DNA of 64,000 nucleotides from Nitrospirota bacterium (GTDB lineage Bacteria; Nitrospirota; UBA9217): NCBI GenBank assembly GCA_963740085.1, contig CAVUCU010000005.1, positions 32,001 to 96,000 of the forward strand, read 5' to 3'. Shown piece by piece: positions 1 to 8,479 of this stretch (position 1 is its first letter; each line of letters starts with the position of its first letter). The notes under the pieces were generated by a model. It saw only the letters and a program-made list of their open reading frames with translations, ran no database searches and was not told where the DNA came from. The position numbers and the translations under genes were made by a program.

Positions 1-576
1 CGGTTTCCGGAAACCCATTTCCTGCTCCCGGGCACCCGGGTTGACGATCACCCACGCCTTTCCCAGGAGATGATCAAAGGCAACAACCGTGTCCACAAAC
101 ACGAAATACGCCTCAGGGATGTCAAGATCGGTCTTGGCCCTGCGTGGAAGCTTCTCGATCTGGTGCACAAAATCGTAGGAGAAGAACCCCACGGCCCCTC
201 CGGTGAAAGGGGGCAAGCCGTCTATGCGCGCTGTCCGGTAATTGGCGAGAAGCTCACGCAGTTTCACGAGCGGCTTTCTCTTCATGGACGCCCGCCTTCC
301 GTATTTTCCCGTGGGTGTGACCGGCAGGCTCAGTTCCACATCATCCCCGCGGGACTTGAAGATCAGGTAGGGGTCCGCCGTAACGAACGAATACCGCCCG
401 ACCTTGTCGTTCACCCGGGCGCTTTCAAGAAGAACGGGATAACCTTCCCTCCTGACAGCCTCGAACGCCGAAAGCGGCGTGAGTCCCGGCGGGTCAAGTT
501 CGGCGGAAAGGGGCAAGATCTTCCCGGACCGAAGCGCATCGAGAAATTCGTCTTTTGAGGGCTTGATCAAATGCAT
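1..576 (-). CDS. Anthranilate synthase component I / aminodeoxychorismate synthase (TrpE/PabB family), N-terminal part; runs off the window edge
   Basis: Not in the ORF track. My translation from ATG 576 gives MHLIKPSKDEFL...PVLLESARVNDKVGRYSFVTADPYL...GLPPFTGGAVGFFSYDFVHQIEKLP...AYFVFVDTVVAFDH. LLES, GRYS and FxGGxxGxxSYD are chorismate-binding N-terminal motifs. Confidence 0.85.
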   Translation of the reverse strand, partial: MHLIKPSKDEFLDALRSGKILPLSAELDPPGLTPLSAFEAVRREGYPVLLESARVNDKVGRYSFVTADPYLIFKSRGDDVELSLPVTPTGKYGRRASMKRKPLVKLRELLANYRTARIDGLPPFTGGAVGFFSYDFVHQIEKLPRRAKTDLDIPEAYFVFVDTVVAFDHLLGKAWVIVNPGAREQEMGFRKP

Positions 577-659
577 GATGAAGTGGGGAAATTCTAGAGG
601 CAATTCATGAACGGGTCAAGACAAATTTTAAAAATAATTCTGCGGAACAATGAAGGATG

Positions 660-668
660 TGCTATACT
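660..668 (+). promoter_or_regulatory. Extended -10 promoter (TGcTATACT) upstream of the structured RNA candidate
   Basis: tgctatact matches the TGnTATAAT consensus and lies ~55 nt upstream of the closing stem. Confidence 0.4.
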
Positions 669-721
669 GTACTTAGTAAGGATAGAGCGATCTTTCTAAA
701 AAAGGATTGGAAGTGTTCACG

Positions 722-1032
722 AGGCGTTGCCGGACCATCACCGACTAGGTGTAGAGATGATAGCCCGTTTTGAGGGGAATCAAGCACCGCGCCGGACAGT
801 GAGTCGAAACCGGTAAGAAGTCTGCAAGTTGAGCGGTCATTCACCGGTTGTTTCACAGGCTCCTATTAAGCGCGGAAGAGCCGAAAGCCCCGAAGTCGAC
901 GGATTGTGCGGAAAGAAAGGAACAATGAGCTTCACAGGGTCTGCTGAGCAGAGCCACAGAAGCAGTCATTGAGATCACCGCAGAGAATCCCCGGCTCAAC
1001 GGAATATCAGTAACGGTCCGCAGGCAACGCCT
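722..1032 (+). ncRNA. Candidate ~310-nt structured non-coding RNA, family unassigned
   Basis: 5' AGGCGTTGCC-GGACC pairs with 3' GGTCC-gca-GGCAACGCCT, followed by a U-run. Nested helices: TGATA/TATCA, CCGTT..GA/TCAACGG, GGGGA/TCCCC, CCGCGC/GCGCGG, AACCGGT/ACCGGTT, TGCGG/CCGCA, CAATGA/TCATTG, GCTTC/GAAGC, TCTGC/GCAGA. No credible ORF. Confidence 0.6.
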
Positions 1033-1159
1033 TTTTTATTCTCATCCCTTCTCCAGGGTCCACCCCGATTCAGCTGCAAAAATCACCCTCCGTACACAAT
1101 CTTTCGCTCGACAAAATAAAAAAAATATTTTAAACTGTTTCTTCGTTAGGAGAGCATCT

Positions 1160-1552
1160 ATGAACCATGCCATGGACGTTAAGATCTATTACGAAGACAC
1201 GGACTGCGGCGGAGTTGTGTATTATGCCAACTATCTGCGCTACATGGAACGGGCGCGGACCGAGTATCTGGCATCCCGGGGTTATTCGGTCAAAACGCTG
1301 ATGGATCAGGGCACGATCTTCATGGTGTTCCGCGTCGAGATCGACTACAAGTCTCCGGCCCGGTACGGGGATACGATCGAGATCGAAACCTGGGTCAGTG
1401 ACGTGACACGGGCCACGATGATATTCGAACATGTGATGCGGGAGAAGACGTCCCATCGTGTTTTCGTCGAATGCAGGGCAAAGGTCGTGGCGGTCGACGT
1501 GAACGGAAGACCCAAACGCCTGCCCGAAGAGTATGTGGAAAAAATAAAGTAA
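1160..1552 (+). CDS. ybgC: YbgC/FadM family acyl-CoA thioesterase
   Basis: YYEDTDxGGVVYYANYLRYMERARTE hotdog-fold signature; RBS aggagag. Confidence 0.9.
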   Translation: MNHAMDVKIYYEDTDCGGVVYYANYLRYMERARTEYLASRGYSVKTLMDQGTIFMVFRVEIDYKSPARYGDTIEIETWVSDVTRATMIFEHVMREKTSHRVFVECRAKVVAVDVNGRPKRLPEEYVEKIK

Positions 1553-1654
1553 CGTTCTTCCTCTCAAAGTCAAAAATAAATCAAGGTTTATTAACCACGT
1601 CCGCCGGCTTTTTCTTTTGCGGGCCGGGCGGGCTTTGCAAAAAAAACACTTGCC

Positions 1655-2386
1655 ATGACTTCCGCAACCCTTGACAGCATCTCACTCCGCAATTCCGGTG
1701 TTGTGAGCATTGCTCAACCGAAAAAAGGTTTCCGCTTTACCATGGACAGTCTCCTCCTCGCTGATTTTTGCCGGATTGGATCTCCCGGTCGCATACTCGA
1801 ACCGGGTGCGGGAACTGGAATAATTTCAGTTCTGCTTGCTCGAAAATTCCCAGGAGCCCGGATCATTGCCGTTGAAGTCGAACCACAGGCATTCAACCTC
1901 CTCCGCCACAATATCCTGCACAATGGACTTGTTGACGTTATCATGCCGCTCGATCGTGACATTCGATATCTGGCCCAATCTATCGCACCGGACTCTTTCG
2001 ATGTGATCATCGCTAATCCGCCCTATACCAGATGCGGAACCGGCAAAAAAAGCCCCTCCGTTGAGCGACAAATCGCGCGTCAGGACCAGACCGCATCTCT
2101 ACCGTGCTGGCTCGACCTCCAAACCTTGTTAAGAGACAAGGGGACATACTTCCTCGTCTTTCCCGCAAACCGCGCAGCAGAGTTGATGACATTATTGCGG
2201 GAAAGAGGGCTGGAGCCGAAGCGCCTTCGGTGTGTTCATCCCTTTGAGGACAAACCTGCGTCGCTCGTGTTGATCGAAGCAATAAAGACCAAAGGGCTTG
2301 GTCTTGAAATCCTGCCGCCGCTGGTCGTTCATGAACAGGGTGGCGGCTATTCGAAAGAAATGAGGGAGATATACGGGAGGGGATGA
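1655..2386 (+). CDS. tRNA1(Val) (adenine37-N6)-methyltransferase family (YfiC/TrmN6-like)
   Basis: QPKKGFRFTMDSLLLA, LEPGAGTG SAM motif, NPPY motif. Confidence 0.85.
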   Translation: MTSATLDSISLRNSGVVSIAQPKKGFRFTMDSLLLADFCRIGSPGRILEPGAGTGIISVLLARKFPGARIIAVEVEPQAFNLLRHNILHNGLVDVIMPLDRDIRYLAQSIAPDSFDVIIANPPYTRCGTGKKSPSVERQIARQDQTASLPCWLDLQTLLRDKGTYFLVFPANRAAELMTLLRERGLEPKRLRCVHPFEDKPASLVLIEAIKTKGLGLEILPPLVVHEQGGGYSKEMREIYGRG

Positions 2387-2776
2387 AGTGCTTCAGGACC
2401 GTCTGGTGAGAAAGATGCCTTTAACCGGAATTTGGTCCGGAAAACGGCAGGAGCTGATATCAGTGCGGGACATCTCTGAATCGGATACCGTCTTAAGATG
2501 CGCTCCGGCACCTTCGAGTGATGGCTTACTCGCTTTTATTTTCAGTGTTTTTACTTGTATATTTAATGTGTTACGACCGTCAGAACCCGCACGAATACAA
2601 TGTCATGAGTCTCGGTTGACTCCCGTAATAAAACAAAGGTTGCTTTTATTCAAAAATAGTGCGATAATATAAACAGTTAAGATCAAAAGGTCAGAAAAGA
2701 TAAAACTGGAAGGCCACAAGGACGGGCGTCTTTGCGGCTTTTCCATTGGAAATGCTATCGTCAAGAAAGGAACACC

Positions 2777-3163
2777 ATGGCGCTTAAACAAAATTACAAG
2801 GAAAAGCTGGAATTGAAAAGGAACACCATGCTGGCTGCCGGCCTGGTTTCCGAACGCTTTCCTGCAGTTTCAAACATCATGTTTCGCATGACCTATTACC
2901 AGAGAACGGCGGACCCGGTCCTGATGAAACGCACCATAAGCTTCTCCCCGACCAATTACGCCTGTTTTCACTTGGAATGCATGAGGGAAGAATGCACTGA
3001 CGGCGGTTTTGACCTGACGCCGGTGGTTGCCGGTCTGGTTAAAAACAACAAGAAATCTGTATCAGGAAAGATCGTCTGCAACGGAAAAAGCGAAGACCTC
3101 CGGCACGGTCATGCAAGCATCGCCTATGAGGTCAGCGTTCAGTACAACAAGCCGTCTAAATAG
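2777..3163 (+). CDS. Hypothetical protein with CxxxxC...C...H, possibly metal-binding
   Basis: RBS aaagga before ATG 2777; sigma70-like TTGCTT-17-GATAAT at 2641-2669; downstream terminator. Confidence 0.7.
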   Translation: MALKQNYKEKLELKRNTMLAAGLVSERFPAVSNIMFRMTYYQRTADPVLMKRTISFSPTNYACFHLECMREECTDGGFDLTPVVAGLVKNNKKSVSGKIVCNGKSEDLRHGHASIAYEVSVQYNKPSK

Positions 3164-3203
3164 GGCGTCTCCCCTCTTCCCCAAGGACGCCCGACATTTT
3201 TTC
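3163..3203 (+). terminator. Probable intrinsic terminator
   Basis: GGGCGTC...GACGCCC stem followed by a T-run. Confidence 0.5.
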
Positions 3204-3298
3204 CTACCCGCGATCACATGCACAGACCGCGTTGTGCTTTTTCCTTGCCTCTTGACATTCAGCGATCCATTGCATATTCTCTTTAACAAAATCCGTTC

Positions 3299-4411
3299 AT
3301 GATGCCATTCAAAAAACACATAATCGCGATCGTCATGCTGATCGCCCTTCACCAATCCCCGTCAGCCTGGGCAAAAAGCGAAGAAGCGTCCCCCCCCGCA
3401 GTGACCGCTCAGCAACAGGATTCGCAAACATCGCGGGAACAGCCTTCGGACACGGCGATACCAACAGTCACCGCTCCGATTGCCGAGCCTATTCAATCCT
3501 CCCCCTCGGATACTTTATGGGAACCCGAAGTGTTCGGCCCGACGATGGGGTTTTTTGATACGCTGCATGGCGAAATATCCGAGCGGCTTCTTACAACCGC
3601 GACCTGGCTGGACTCCTTTTTCGCAGATGAACGGTCCACGAGAGAGGAAAATCGGTCATATATACGCGCCCGCTTAGATGACTTTACAGAAGAGAGATCG
3701 CATGCTGTGTTCAAGCCGACCGTCGATCTACGCCTGGCACTCCCGCAATTGGAGAAGAAGGCGCACATCATCGTGTCAGCAGAGCCGGCCGAAACTCCCG
3801 CAACCACCCCGGGTTCGCCGAGTATCGCCACCGACCGCATTGGACCTACCGACGAGCGAAGTGTCACCACTGCAATCCATTATGTTCTCCGGGCCACCGA
3901 GGAGCAAAACTTCAATGTGAGGAGCGGAGCACAGTTCACTCACGGGGCGCCTGTATTGTTCATCGCGCCACGGTACCGGTATTTTATCCCGATCAATACG
4001 TGGGGTTTCCGGTTCACCCAGGAGGTCATCTGGAAAACGGACACGACGTGGCAGACTAACACGATCTTCGATCTCGAGCGGCGGCTCCCGCACGATTTCT
4101 TCTTCCGTACGAGCGCCGGCGGCACCTGGATCAATACCAGCAAGGGTTATTTCTACAGTCTTAGTTTTTCGCTGCGCCAGCCTATTGATACGAAACGAGC
4201 GCTGGATTACTCATGGAGCAACAGTTTCCAGACCAGACCGGTCGGCGAATTAACGGAGGTCTTCTTCAGTCTCCGTTATCGCCAGAACTTCTGGCGGGAA
4301 TGGCTTTTTTTCGAAGTGGCCCCCCAGTACCGTTTCCCCCGGGACAGTGAATACAAAGGCACTCCCGGGATCCTGTTCAGGCTCGAAATGTACTTCGGCC
4401 GGCAGACGTAG
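3299..4411 (+). CDS. Exported, probably outer-membrane beta-strand-rich hypothetical protein
   Basis: Signal peptide ending AWA, a P/T/S-rich linker, amphipathic beta strands, C-terminal LFRLEMYF. Confidence 0.7.
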   Translation: MMPFKKHIIAIVMLIALHQSPSAWAKSEEASPPAVTAQQQDSQTSREQPSDTAIPTVTAPIAEPIQSSPSDTLWEPEVFGPTMGFFDTLHGEISERLLTTATWLDSFFADERSTREENRSYIRARLDDFTEERSHAVFKPTVDLRLALPQLEKKAHIIVSAEPAETPATTPGSPSIATDRIGPTDERSVTTAIHYVLRATEEQNFNVRSGAQFTHGAPVLFIAPRYRYFIPINTWGFRFTQEVIWKTDTTWQTNTIFDLERRLPHDFFFRTSAGGTWINTSKGYFYSLSFSLRQPIDTKRALDYSWSNSFQTRPVGELTEVFFSLRYRQNFWREWLFFEVAPQYRFPRDSEYKGTPGILFRLEMYFGRQT

Positions 4412-4561
4412 TTCAACGTGGCGATGCATGATCCGGATTTCGAAACGCGGAATAAACGTGAGAGAACAAATGGAATAAAGGATGAACGCGCAACGGATAT
4501 CGACACCATCGGTATCCCCGACAAAGCCCATCTAACAACGAGACGCACCATGTCAAGGGAC

Positions 4562-5359
4562 TCACCCTATTTGAAAGCACCTCATCGAGATCGAGCCGTA
4601 TTGAAATCCTTCATAGATGAAAGTAAGGGGCTCGTTCTTTTCCTGCAGGGCAAGGGCATAGATCATCGGCAGATAATGGTCAAGGGTCGGCACGGCAAGG
4701 AATGCCGTCTTTCCCATGTTCGTATGGCGGATCAGATCCCGGTGGTTTCCGGTGATCAAGTTTGATTTCACCTGCTCATCGAACTCAACGGCCCAGTCAA
4801 ACGACTTCGCCTCGATGTTCGTGTAATCGAACATCCCGAGATTGTGGACGATATTCCCGCTCCCGATGATCAGGACGCCCCTCCTTCGCAATGCAGAGAG
4901 CCCGGCAGCAAGATCATAGTGATACTGGAGCGGCTTCGGGTCCCAATCATTAAAGGAATAATCGAGGCTCAGCTGAAACACCGGGATATCGGCAAGGGGA
5001 TAGAGATGTTTCAGGATTGCCCAGGTACCGTGGTCCAACCCCCAGCCATGATCGCATTTCACCGCAGCTTTCATGGTCGCTTCTGTCACGAACGCCGCCT
5101 CTCCGGGCGCCCCGGGACAGGCATAGGTTGTTTCATACAGCTCTTCAGGAAACCCGTAGAAATCGTAAATGGTCTTTGGTTTCTCCATGCACCCCACAAA
5201 GGTTCCCTTTGTGAGCCAGTGCGCAGAGACAACCATGATCGCTTTTGGTTTTGGCAGAAGCCTCCCCAAAGCAGCCAGACTTCGCGTAAAGCTGTTGTCC
5301 AGGACAATGTTCAACGGCGACCCATGCCCGATAAAGAGCACTGGCATATTATTCTTCAT
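4562..5359 (-). CDS. ygiD: 4,5-DOPA extradiol dioxygenase (YgiD/LigB family)
   Basis: LFIGHGSP, SAHW, TIYDFYGFP, GLDHG, GSGNIVHNL and PTLDHYLP motifs. Confidence 0.9.
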   Translation of the reverse strand: MKNNMPVLFIGHGSPLNIVLDNSFTRSLAALGRLLPKPKAIMVVSAHWLTKGTFVGCMEKPKTIYDFYGFPEELYETTYACPGAPGEAAFVTEATMKAAVKCDHGWGLDHGTWAILKHLYPLADIPVFQLSLDYSFNDWDPKPLQYHYDLAAGLSALRRRGVLIIGSGNIVHNLGMFDYTNIEAKSFDWAVEFDEQVKSNLITGNHRDLIRHTNMGKTAFLAVPTLDHYLPMIYALALQEKNEPLTFIYEGFQYGSISMRCFQIG

Positions 5360-5600
5360 GTTTCTTACACCATAACCTTACTACAGCGGTTGTTTTTCGC
5401 AAAGACGAACAGGACACAAATAAAACCAGGTTTCCGGTATTACAGAGAAACCCTCTCGCGTAATTTCTCACTGTGCTCAGTGATCTCTGTTGCAAAATGT
5501 TCTTTCAGAAGTACTTCCTCGATTGTCCAGACTCAACGGTCCTGCGCGAAGTTCGCGATAAGAAAGGCCGCGCCGGTATCTATACTTGCCTTTGTGGAAA

Positions 5601-6248
5601 CTAAAAAGCGTACTTTTCCAATTTCTCCAGGACCTTGATATGAAGCAGTTCAGAAGGAATGATGCGGAGCTCTATCGGTTCGCGGTTTCTGTCCATCGGG
5701 CCCGTCGGCTGGGCAGCGGCCACAAAAAAAGTCCCGTATCGTATCCCGAGCTGGGGTTCTGCGATGAACAGCGCATCCTGAATAAACCCGGCCATGCGCT
5801 GCTTCTGCGTCCTCTCCGCTGCATACATCGCCCAAGTGCCGCTCGACGGGAAGCGCATAATTATCAGGACGAGACTGATATCAGATCTTGTCTGTTCATT
5901 ACCCATAAGCAATAAAAAAATACGGGCAAGCTTCTTTAAATCGGCCTGCGCCGAGGCCTTCAGGGTACCGTCCCCCGAAAACAGGAACGACTTTTCTATG
6001 AGAATGGAACTCCCTCGTACCTTGAGACCTTTGATCGCTTCCGCTCCGAACTCTCTCTGAAACATCAGTTTGATGCTCTTGGAGAATTCATTTCGGGGCT
6101 GGGAAATGGCAAGGGCTGGTTCCAGGAACCGCTGGATCCTGATTGCCCGGTAGTAGAGCAGGGCGCTCAGAAGCACCAGGCCGATCAGCAAGAAGCTGAG
6201 GACCGGGCCGGCAGGCGGAACGTATCTCCACAGGGATTTATCGCTCAT
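5601..6248 (-). CDS. Single-TM protein with a degenerate MotB/OmpA C-like domain
   Basis: N-terminal TM helix, then I.IEKSFLF.G..TLK...ADLKKLA and NRE.IELRII, the OmpA_C-like pattern. ATG overlaps the upstream stop (ATGA). Confidence 0.6.
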   Translation of the reverse strand: MSDKSLWRYVPPAGPVLSFLLIGLVLLSALLYYRAIRIQRFLEPALAISQPRNEFSKSIKLMFQREFGAEAIKGLKVRGSSILIEKSFLFSGDGTLKASAQADLKKLARIFLLLMGNEQTRSDISLVLIIMRFPSSGTWAMYAAERTQKQRMAGFIQDALFIAEPQLGIRYGTFFVAAAQPTGPMDRNREPIELRIIPSELLHIKVLEKLEKYAF

Positions 6249-7135
6249 GGCGCGCCTTCCTCAAGACGGTCGAGTTTTTTCATTGCCGTCGTGAAGTCCT
6301 CTTCTGAAATATGCGCCGGTGAATGGATGGCCTTGTTGCGCAGATACATCAGATCGTAGAACAGGGCAATCCGCGAGTGACTGATGCGCTTGCCCTGTTC
6401 CATCTCCTTCAATCCGTCCGACAGGGTCGGAACTTTTCTGCCGATCACCGCGGAAGTAAACGCCCTCAACCGGTTTTCAACGTGATAGCCCATCAGAAGT
6501 GAAGCGACGACCTTCTCTCCGCGCCGGTAATATTCCAGTGCCTGCTCCACCGAGAGTCCCCCTTTGACGATGCTGATGTTCTCCGTGGACTCTGTTTCCC
6601 CGGGGGCCAAACGCTGTATCTTTTGATAAACTTCCAGGCATTTGTCAAGCATGTCCTTCTCAAGATAGGATTCGGCAAGGAGAAACAGATCACGGATATT
6701 GTCCGCAACTTCCCGTTGTTGAACGGCAAAGGCATAGGCGCGTTGAATGGCATCGGCCTTGTCGTCCTTTTTGTCAAGCACATCGAAATGCCTGGCCCAT
6801 CTCTTGCCTTTCAGCACGTTGTCCTTCGTAAAGCGGAAGAGGCGCTCCGAAACCTCGCGTTTGTCGAGCTTGCCGCTGATGACGATAATGTTCAGCGTCG
6901 GATGGGTCTCGAAGAGCTCCGGCAGGATATCGATGCCCTCGTCCATCCGGTCGAACTCGATGTCGAGCGTCATGAGGTCGATGACCTGCTTCGTCAGTAT
7001 CTGGAGGGCCTCCCTGACGCCGCTTGCCTCGTAAAACCGGAGATCGGGGTCCTCGTCCTTGAGCGCCCGCTGAATTTCGAGCTTCAGCAGTTCCCGGTCC
7101 TCGAAGTCATCGTCGGCGATCAGCACTTTAAACAT
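6245..7135 (-). CDS. Response regulator: receiver + TPR-like helix pair + HEPN-like C-terminal domain
   Basis: Receiver residues intact (IADDD, TLDIE phosphoacceptor, ISG, LDK). TPR-like LAESYLEKDMLDKCLEVYQKIQRLAP. C-terminal VENRL...LRNKAIH (R-x4-H). Confidence 0.75.
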   Translation of the reverse strand: MFKVLIADDDFEDRELLKLEIQRALKDEDPDLRFYEASGVREALQILTKQVIDLMTLDIEFDRMDEGIDILPELFETHPTLNIIVISGKLDKREVSERLFRFTKDNVLKGKRWARHFDVLDKKDDKADAIQRAYAFAVQQREVADNIRDLFLLAESYLEKDMLDKCLEVYQKIQRLAPGETESTENISIVKGGLSVEQALEYYRRGEKVVASLLMGYHVENRLRAFTSAVIGRKVPTLSDGLKEMEQGKRISHSRIALFYDLMYLRNKAIHSPAHISEEDFTTAMKKLDRLEEGAP

Positions 7136-8161
7136 CGGACGTCTCCTCGACAAAGGGGAAATTGATTATTATTTCCGTTCCAACTCCCGGAGCCGTGTAT
7201 TCCTTGCCGATCCTGATCTTCCCGGCATGGAGACCGACAACGTATTTGACAAAATAAAGTCCCTGTCCCCAACTCTCGCCGACGCCCCTCCCCCGGTAAA
7301 AGCAGAGATCGGCCTGCTGCTCATCCATGCCGATGCCCTCGTCCCGGATGGAAAGCGTCACGTACCGCCTGCTGCCGTCCCGGTCCATGGCGCAGGACAC
7401 CAGAACTCGCGCGCGAAGCTGGTCGGGCTTTTTATACTTGATGGCATTGTCGATCACATTTTCAAACACGGTCTTCAGCAGGGGCGGGGCCGCATAGATC
7501 ATCGGAACGGCCATCGTCTCATGGATCGTGATCTCGGCGAGGTCGCTGTATTGCAATGCCAGATCGTGAATCATGGCCTTGAGATCGATATTCTGAAAAT
7601 GGACAAGGCCCGCCTCACGCTCATCCGAGATTTTCTTAAAAATATCAATATCAGCAAACAGCTTGTCCAGATTGTCATCGATTCGCTCTGTTGCCTCCCG
7701 GGGCAGTCCCGGAAGCAGGTCGATCCTTCGCTTGATCCGTCCGAGGTTATTTTTGAATTCATGCCCGATCGTTGCCGAGATATATCGAATAAATTCGTTT
7801 CGCCGGGCTATTTCCTGATTTTTCAGAACGAGCATCATGTTTTCGCGCGCCCTCCGCTGCTTTTGCTGGTAGACAACGGACAGGTACATGCTGAATGCCG
7901 CAAAAGAAAAGATCATGACCAATAGGGCGTAATGAGAGACCCCGTTGGATGCGTCGAGCTGATCCTGCATGATGGAAAGACGCTGGTCGATCCCGGCGTC
8001 AGGAGGGACCACTCCCTTCCACGGCATCAGCCGCAGCTCAAGACGTTCAAAGGGGGGAAAAAATGGTTTGAGTAGACCATGCCCAGAACGAGCCAGATAA
8101 AAAGCAAAAGGACTATCAGGACCAGGACCTGTATTCTGTTATGATTGCCGGAAGTGACCAT
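7128..8161 (-). CDS. Sensor histidine kinase with 2 TM helices; apparent 1-nt frameshift in the homopolymer near 8050-8065
   Basis: HEFKNNL H-box, ENVIDNAIKY N-box, DEGIGM and GQGL G-boxes. An upstream frame MVTSGNHNRIQVLVLIVLLLFIWLVLG supplies the first TM helix. Confidence 0.85.
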
Positions 8162-8479
8162 AGATGATAATTTATTACAAAATACCGGTTATTACAACAA
8201 GAAAAGCGGGCAGAAAGCAGGGACGACGGGCCGTGCGAGGTAAAATGACGAGTCATGAACCGGATATACGTTATTTTAGCGACTACTGTGGACCTTACAA
8301 CCTTTCAGGAGAAAGGGAGGAAATTGGAGAACTGGAGAAAAGGACGTCCTTGTACTTCTGTCGTGCATCCCCCATTCGCCTCTTAATTCCCCATTTCTCC
8401 TGATCGTTTTTTCTGGATCCGAGTAGTTTCTTCTTAATTTATTTGTCAATCCGGTAAATCCTGTTATCAGGTCAAATGG

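Noticed and set aside
70-558. 162-aa + strand ORF
   Set aside because: Shadow of the trpE/pabB-family gene on the minus strand
722-1032. RNase P, tmRNA, SRP, cobalamin riboswitch or CsrB-like identity for the structured RNA
   Set aside because: Diagnostic motifs are missing or only partial; the GGA count is not clearly above expectation
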